The notes beneath the pieces are model-generated. The model was given only the letters and a program-made list of their open reading frames with translations. It made no database searches and was not told the origin of the DNA. Of a stretch of 64,000 nucleotides of DNA, positions 59,701-64,000 are shown in pieces; the first letter of the stretch is position 1, and the number at the start of each line of letters is the position of its first letter. The translations under genes were made by a program, and so were the position numbers. Source of the stretch: Adineta vaga (lineage: Eukaryota > Animalia > Rotifera); the NCBI GenBank assembly GCA_021613535.1, contig CP075493.1, forward strand, positions 11,346,001 to 11,410,000, written 5' to 3'.

Positions 59701-61466
59701 GTTATTTAAATCATTCCATATGTCAACAATCAACTAATCCTTGTCAAAATCATGGATTTTGCGTACCTGTCGATGATCGAATGGGTTTAAAGAAATTCTT
59801 TTGCTTATGTCCCGATGGTTTCTCTGGAAGAACATGTGAACATCATCAGAATCGAATTGATATCAGATTTGATCCTAAGAAGATTACTATGACACCATTT
59901 ATATATGTACATTCTATCCGAGCATTAAAAAATGATAATCATCAATATACAACTATATTAAAAAAAGTTCATCCTGAACAAAATCTTCTTACAATTTATG
60001 TGAAATTTCCATTTCATTTGATTTTCATTGAATTATTTGATCATAAATTTTATTTAGCTGTTTTAAGAGAAAAATTTCTTGAATCCGAACATATTCAAGC
60101 AAATATTGTCTTTAATCAACGATGTTTTCATATTAGTGAATTAATGAATAAACTATTTCTTAATTATTCATTTCTTCATCGTGTAAAATATTATCCATTA
60201 TTATGTCAAGAAAATCTTCATCTCATGTGTTTCTATGATGAAAGACAAATGTGTACTTGTGATCGTTCTCGTTTTTCTAATTGTTTTACATTTAATATTC
60301 CATCCCTGTCATACGATTGTCAAGGAAGAAACATTTGTGAAAATAATGGTCTATGTTTACAAGATAATCCTGCATGTCCAACACAATCGATATGCGTTTG
60401 TCGACAATGTTTTTATGGAACGAAATGTCAATTTTCAATGAAAGGTTTTGTTTCATCACTTGATTATATTCTTGGCTATCATATTATACCAAATCGTTCA
60501 ATAAATCAACAATCATTTATTATTAAAATGACGCTTGTAATCACAACAATTATGTTTTGCCTTGGATTACTCAATGGTTTTCTATCGATTGTAACATATC
60601 GAATAAAAGAAATCAAATGTATTGGATGTGGATCATATTTGTTAGTTTCATCATGGAATTCTATGTTTTTAATCATAATGTTAGAAGTTAAATGTTGGCA
60701 TTTACTTTTATCCCAAATGTCCGTTCTAAATAATCGATCGTATTTGGAATTCACTTGTTTATCTTTAGATGTTATTCTTAATGTTCTCATTGCAACGAAT
60801 GATTGGTTTGGTGGATGTATTTCAATTGAACAAGTATTTAATACATTTAAAGGTGTAAATTTTAATCAAAATCGAAGTAAGAAACTAGCAAAACGAATTA
60901 TATTTGGAATATATATTTTAACAATTTTAACGAATATTCATGATCCTTTTTATCGTCAATTGATTGATGATATCGATATTGATGAACGACGAACATGGTG
61001 TATTGTTCAATATTCACCTACAATTGATACTTACAATACAATTGTTACGTTTTTTCATTTTCTTATGCCTTTGTCAATCAATTTCTTATCAACTTTCATC
61101 GTTATTTTCCTAATGGCACAATCTCGTTCAACAACACGATCACAAATAACATTCAATGCAAATTTACGTGAACAATTTCATCAACATAAACATAATTTAA
61201 TTGCAACATGTGCATTATTTTTCTTAGCTTTACCTCGTTTAATTATATCGTTTGTAAGTAGATGTATGAAATCATCACAAGATCCTTCATTATTTCTTAT
61301 TGGTTATCTTATTTCATTTATTCCATCGATGATGACATTCTTTGTTTTTATCATGTCAGCAGATGGATACAAAGAAGAATTCTATTCAAGTGTTCGACGA
61401 TTTTTTACAAGAATACATCGAATGAGAGTTGGAGTACTAGTTAATGTTATGAACTTCATGTTTTAG
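56721..61466 (+). CDS. Large intronless 7TM receptor with an LDLa/EGF ectodomain (1581 aa)
   Basis: Signal peptide, LDLa motifs (CDGKYDCMNGEDE, CLDGTDE), EGF motifs (C.C..GYSG..C) and C-terminal rhodopsin-like TMs. Confidence 0.9.
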   Translation: MRLLYLFTFIILCKVFNTHYSVYHSDQSLSTNFGFDCLYGHLTDNEEYEDIRSDTTYHLISYCRRPIEHDDDENEKESILSTENIYNNITFTELYQYGVTTEQLLNWSAPIDLVEQYAMKDNTDRIHIFYNCSLPWFGPKCQYKFDNNASLSFNEILRLNFLTRIRITSTLPDFDIDTCYPFLINCSYKLPFMCLDWREICDGKYDCMNGEDEQNCQTMEIFECPDNTYRCHYGGQCIPLTFVRDKHSHIDCLDGTDETVVIEQENALFGAFCYTIPTFQCEEHMSRYQFSSQCGDGYYYPYHLSTRTKMSCANGRFLKLKLSRNDSFSNISKQSWKELLESTLISNMHIWYRTLTNSNSMYTLLSCKSTNRICLSNWFFKVQLFNTHPMFHFIYLSNRSFSDFYHYVQPNYICFYPKDCLQLVKDAIDIGLNNGLICYYTNDISEESITNETQIRKVLDKLFLRCVTTGIERTCSHSSLFHCSISLKCISKHRLVDGISDCYYNEDELFDSCQLNDSQRFICSSEPNKCLAPIALYNRKYECQGKEDEMDEIQRNILKGYVPIGLICDGVKEQLLEHANDTDETDCKYWPCNNPYTRCNGVSTCLDGTDELNCPLLEYSINTGQCSKQIVTNLFCERAIHSIANKFDSKIVHVTNNTVLDYATNKNRTKCFITPKCYSLPQICQFDVLNTLFDQLCHLPEALVCLLELFYWKPILRTNICHFNLYTSSKDDQVQSAFTSTQLGYFPIVSSALSNSNNSNMKTTTSIETLTKTFKNWYCNRGILVFHKNNQTKTCLCPPTYFGHRCQWQNQRLSLTFQFIYQTNTYNTILIFQLIIMLIDQQKHMTSYHEQILYIPKENCDTKYNIYLLYPTRPKNLSINYTIHIDIFDKVTLTYYGSWFLSIPFLFLPVNRIATQIFIPATPKMISKSCPLVCGHHGQCVEYLNQNNSYFCQCHQGYSGLHCHIPHHCSCSSDSLCLSSSICVCPVNKFGSKCYLNHSICQQSTNPCQNHGFCVPVDDRMGLKKFFCLCPDGFSGRTCEHHQNRIDIRFDPKKITMTPFIYVHSIRALKNDNHQYTTILKKVHPEQNLLTIYVKFPFHLIFIELFDHKFYLAVLREKFLESEHIQANIVFNQRCFHISELMNKLFLNYSFLHRVKYYPLLCQENLHLMCFYDERQMCTCDRSRFSNCFTFNIPSLSYDCQGRNICENNGLCLQDNPACPTQSICVCRQCFYGTKCQFSMKGFVSSLDYILGYHIIPNRSINQQSFIIKMTLVITTIMFCLGLLNGFLSIVTYRIKEIKCIGCGSYLLVSSWNSMFLIIMLEVKCWHLLLSQMSVLNNRSYLEFTCLSLDVILNVLIATNDWFGGCISIEQVFNTFKGVNFNQNRSKKLAKRIIFGIYILTILTNIHDPFYRQLIDDIDIDERRTWCIVQYSPTIDTYNTIVTFFHFLMPLSINFLSTFIVIFLMAQSRSTTRSQITFNANLREQFHQHKHNLIATCALFFLALPRLIISFVSRCMKSSQDPSLFLIGYLISFIPSMMTFFVFIMSADGYKEEFYSSVRRFFTRIHRMRVGVLVNVMNFMF

Positions 61467-61604
61467 CTTGCTTTCAGCCCTAAATATTTAAAGCTTACTG
61501 TCTTATTTTCTTTTTATTGAATTTAAAATAAATTTCTATATTAACGGGTGGTGTGAATGGAGATGGGGATGACCAAGTTCTGAAAACATGCACTCACATC
61601 CCCA

Positions 61605-61880
61605 AGAATTTATTATCGTTGTTATTATCGTTCACGTCAAGTATATGAATGGCAAAAACATCGAAAGATGACTATTCAAATTTTATCAATAACATTTCTT
61701 TTCGTAATCTTTTATATTCCAAGTGTATTTATCGTTTTAGCTCAACTATGTAACATATCACTTGGTGATACTTTCAATTTTCAAATGATGATGATCTTTC
61801 TCTCCTGTGATTCAATATTTCCTTTACCGATCATATGTGCTTGTTCATTACCTAAATTAGATAAAAATAATCAAATATAA
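61605..61880 (+). pseudogene. C-terminal fragment (TM6-7) of a rhodopsin-like GPCR
   Basis: WQKHRKMTIQILSITFLF...P.ICACSLPKL parallels WRKQRRMIIQLLSIS...PFVCYAAMPEL of 16419..17345; upstream TMs are missing. Confidence 0.65.
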
Positions 61881-62635
61881 ATTTAAGTGGTTACAGCGAC
61901 GGCAACAACAAACTCTTGTTTCTCAATTAAGAGCAATGACATAAATGAAAAGTGAAAGACAAAATGCAACGATTCCTATAAAAAAACTAATTATAATGAA
62001 TATTATATATATATATATCTATTGATGTTCTTTGAATAAATTTTTGCGTACTGTATTCTCATGAATGTTTTTAGAATTGATTATTGTTCCGTCTTTGAAA
62101 ATAAAATAATCAAGATTAAAATTTTCTCTTAAGATTTTATTAGAGAGATTCAGACGGTAGTCTAATAAGTGAGGTAGATATAGTAACGGTGGAAGAAAAG
62201 AACAAAGTATGGTACGTAGTAGGAAATAAAATCATAAAAGTATGTGTTTGCCTACATGAAAAACAAACAATATTTTCGGAGCGTTGTCGACGTTATTTTT
62301 GAAGCTTTATATTTTTTGACTAGTCTGTTTTTCATCTATGAGAGAAACAGCAAAATTTCTCCGCATTTTTTGGTTATAAATTCATCATAAAAGTAAGTTT
62401 TTTTCCTTATAAAAATCTTTCATCAGATCAACGCACGTATCGGAGAGGCCGCAAATTATTTGAAAAAGAGAAAGAAATTATTCGAATAATGGTTATTTTA
62501 TCAGTTTTTCTGTTGATATATTATATTTGGACGAATAAGAGAGAGAGAGTTAGATACTTTTCGTTCATCGTTCAACTTAGTATTATATCATCAAGAACGA
62601 AAAAAGTGTATACATCTGTATTTTAATGTTTTCAG

Positions 62636-63267
62636 ATGCCAGTAAAACAACTTATACTTTGTGTTATAACAATAGTCTGTGCGGTGCTAATATATAAACT
62701 TTCACGATCAAATCGTATGCAGATTGATTTTCCTGTGAATGAGAAAGAATGCCAGAGAGTACGCGAATTAGTTCAAAACAAACGGATTCATTTAACTATG
62801 GAAGAGCGCTCTACAACGTTCGAAAGTATTGAGAATGCAAATTTTAGTGATTATGTAAAAGTACTTCTCGATCAGCATAAAAATTCCGATAAATCAATAC
62901 AAGATTTTATTGCTCGAATTCCTTTCACTGAACACAGTCAATTTCTTTTCCATGGATAGTCACTGGATGGCGAAATTCTTATTCACTTACTCTTATTGCA
63001 CACAAGAAATACGATGGTCATCATAAGATTCTCATCTCCAAATTATCAAGAGAGCTTACCATATCGATCTGGATGAAAATATTTTCACCTCTGAAATCGC
63101 TGTTTGGTATGACAACGAGTGAACATGAACAAATAGACGAAATTCTTGCAGGCAAATTTAGTGAACAAAACAAACAAATGTTAGAAAACATGATGTTATA
63201 TGTAATTGCTGGACATATCAATACTCATTTTGCTAATGATATTCAAATCAATTTTGTTAATAAGTAG
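62636..63267 (+). pseudogene. Disrupted gene for an unknown protein with an N-terminal TM
   Basis: ORF 62636..62959 ends at an in-frame TAG; coding-like sequence continues and shifts frame at about 62990 into ORF 63073..63267. Confidence 0.55.
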
Positions 63268-64000
63268 AAATCTCTAACCTGAACTTATTATTATTATTAT
63301 TATTATTATATTACTACTGATTGAATGATTGATTTCGAAATTTAGTTTACAAATATATTTTATCATTGTTGTTATCTTTGAAAAATGTCTGAAATAAAAG
63401 CTCTATAATCTCTTGTTCTAAGTCAGAAGAATTCATTTTGAAAAGTTTGTAAATATCCAAATGATGTTACTATTGGATGAATTAAACTTTGAAAATCTTT
63501 TTTTTACATATAGTAAAGAAGTGAGTGTGAAGATGGGTCAGAATGTCTCTTTTCTTTACTCATACCTACGCCCATCATTTTTTATTTAAATATACTCTCA
63601 GTATAAGATATCTTGAATTGTCTTCAACAATACAAATAGGTGATATAATCAGTTTTAACAAACAAATAAGAGCAACATGCCCAGAATGGTCCATAAATAT
63701 CGACGCGAGAGGCTACTAAAATATTTTGAATGAAATCTTTCGTATAAGTTTTTAGTAGACTTCAATAAATGTCTTGTACAATAAAATGATGAAGAAATGG
63801 ATTTACTAGAATTCATTATAGTCAAATGTGCGAAACTCCATAAAGAGTCATTCCCATTTAATGTCACTGTGTTTTACTAGAAATTAACCATTTTTGCCTT
63901 TCTTTAATACGAAACACATCGGACATGGTGATTGCATTAAAAATTCACTTCTTTCTTTTTCTATTTATAATTAAAGTAAAAACAATGAAATCTTCACTAG

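Noticed and set aside
63285-63310. (TAT)n and other short microsatellites (also (TA)n near 23340 and (TTTG)n near 52265)
   Set aside because: Ordinary simple repeats in an AT-rich genome.
63655-63867. 70-aa minus-strand ORF with a hydrophobic end
   Set aside because: GTG start and no motif; it may be a terminal exon from outside the window but cannot be supported.
1-64000. Prokaryotic or contaminant origin of the window
   Set aside because: Numerous spliceosomal introns and animal-type genes (GPCRs, otopetrin, nuclear-receptor remnant) are interleaved with the bacterial-type genes.

Overview
AT-rich eukaryotic genomic DNA with compact genes and very short (about 45-65 nt) GT-AG introns. The gene content is typical of a bdelloid rotifer (Adineta/Rotaria-like): ART+TPR protein, intronless LDLa/EGF-7TM receptor, TM-Thr-stalk-propeller proteins and many bacterial-type genes, some carrying introns. 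This host assignment is inferred, not proven. The window holds about 25 intact genes and several pseudogenes and reads like a fast-turnover defence/horizontal-transfer neighbourhood. Defence-type genes include a DED-TM-jacalin type II receptor, a spliced 8-Cys CS-alpha-beta defensin, a Gly/Trp-rich peptide, two orphan His-rich paralogues with a conserved promoter block, a disrupted ankyrin-(His/Asp/Gln/Cys protease-like)-NACHT gene, a frameshifted Mx/DRP4-like dynamin, a serpin, a RING-TRAF protein and a divergent E2. Bacterial-type genes include GH39, EEP, an LRR-kinase, a beta-lactamase-family hydrolase, PLDc_N and kelch. Several genes were reconstructed by hand across introns and are missing or fragmented in the ORF track. 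TE remnants (a pogo-like MITE, Helitron-like pieces) are present. No rRNA, tRNA or CRISPR was seen. All family calls come from motif recognition; no database searches were run.
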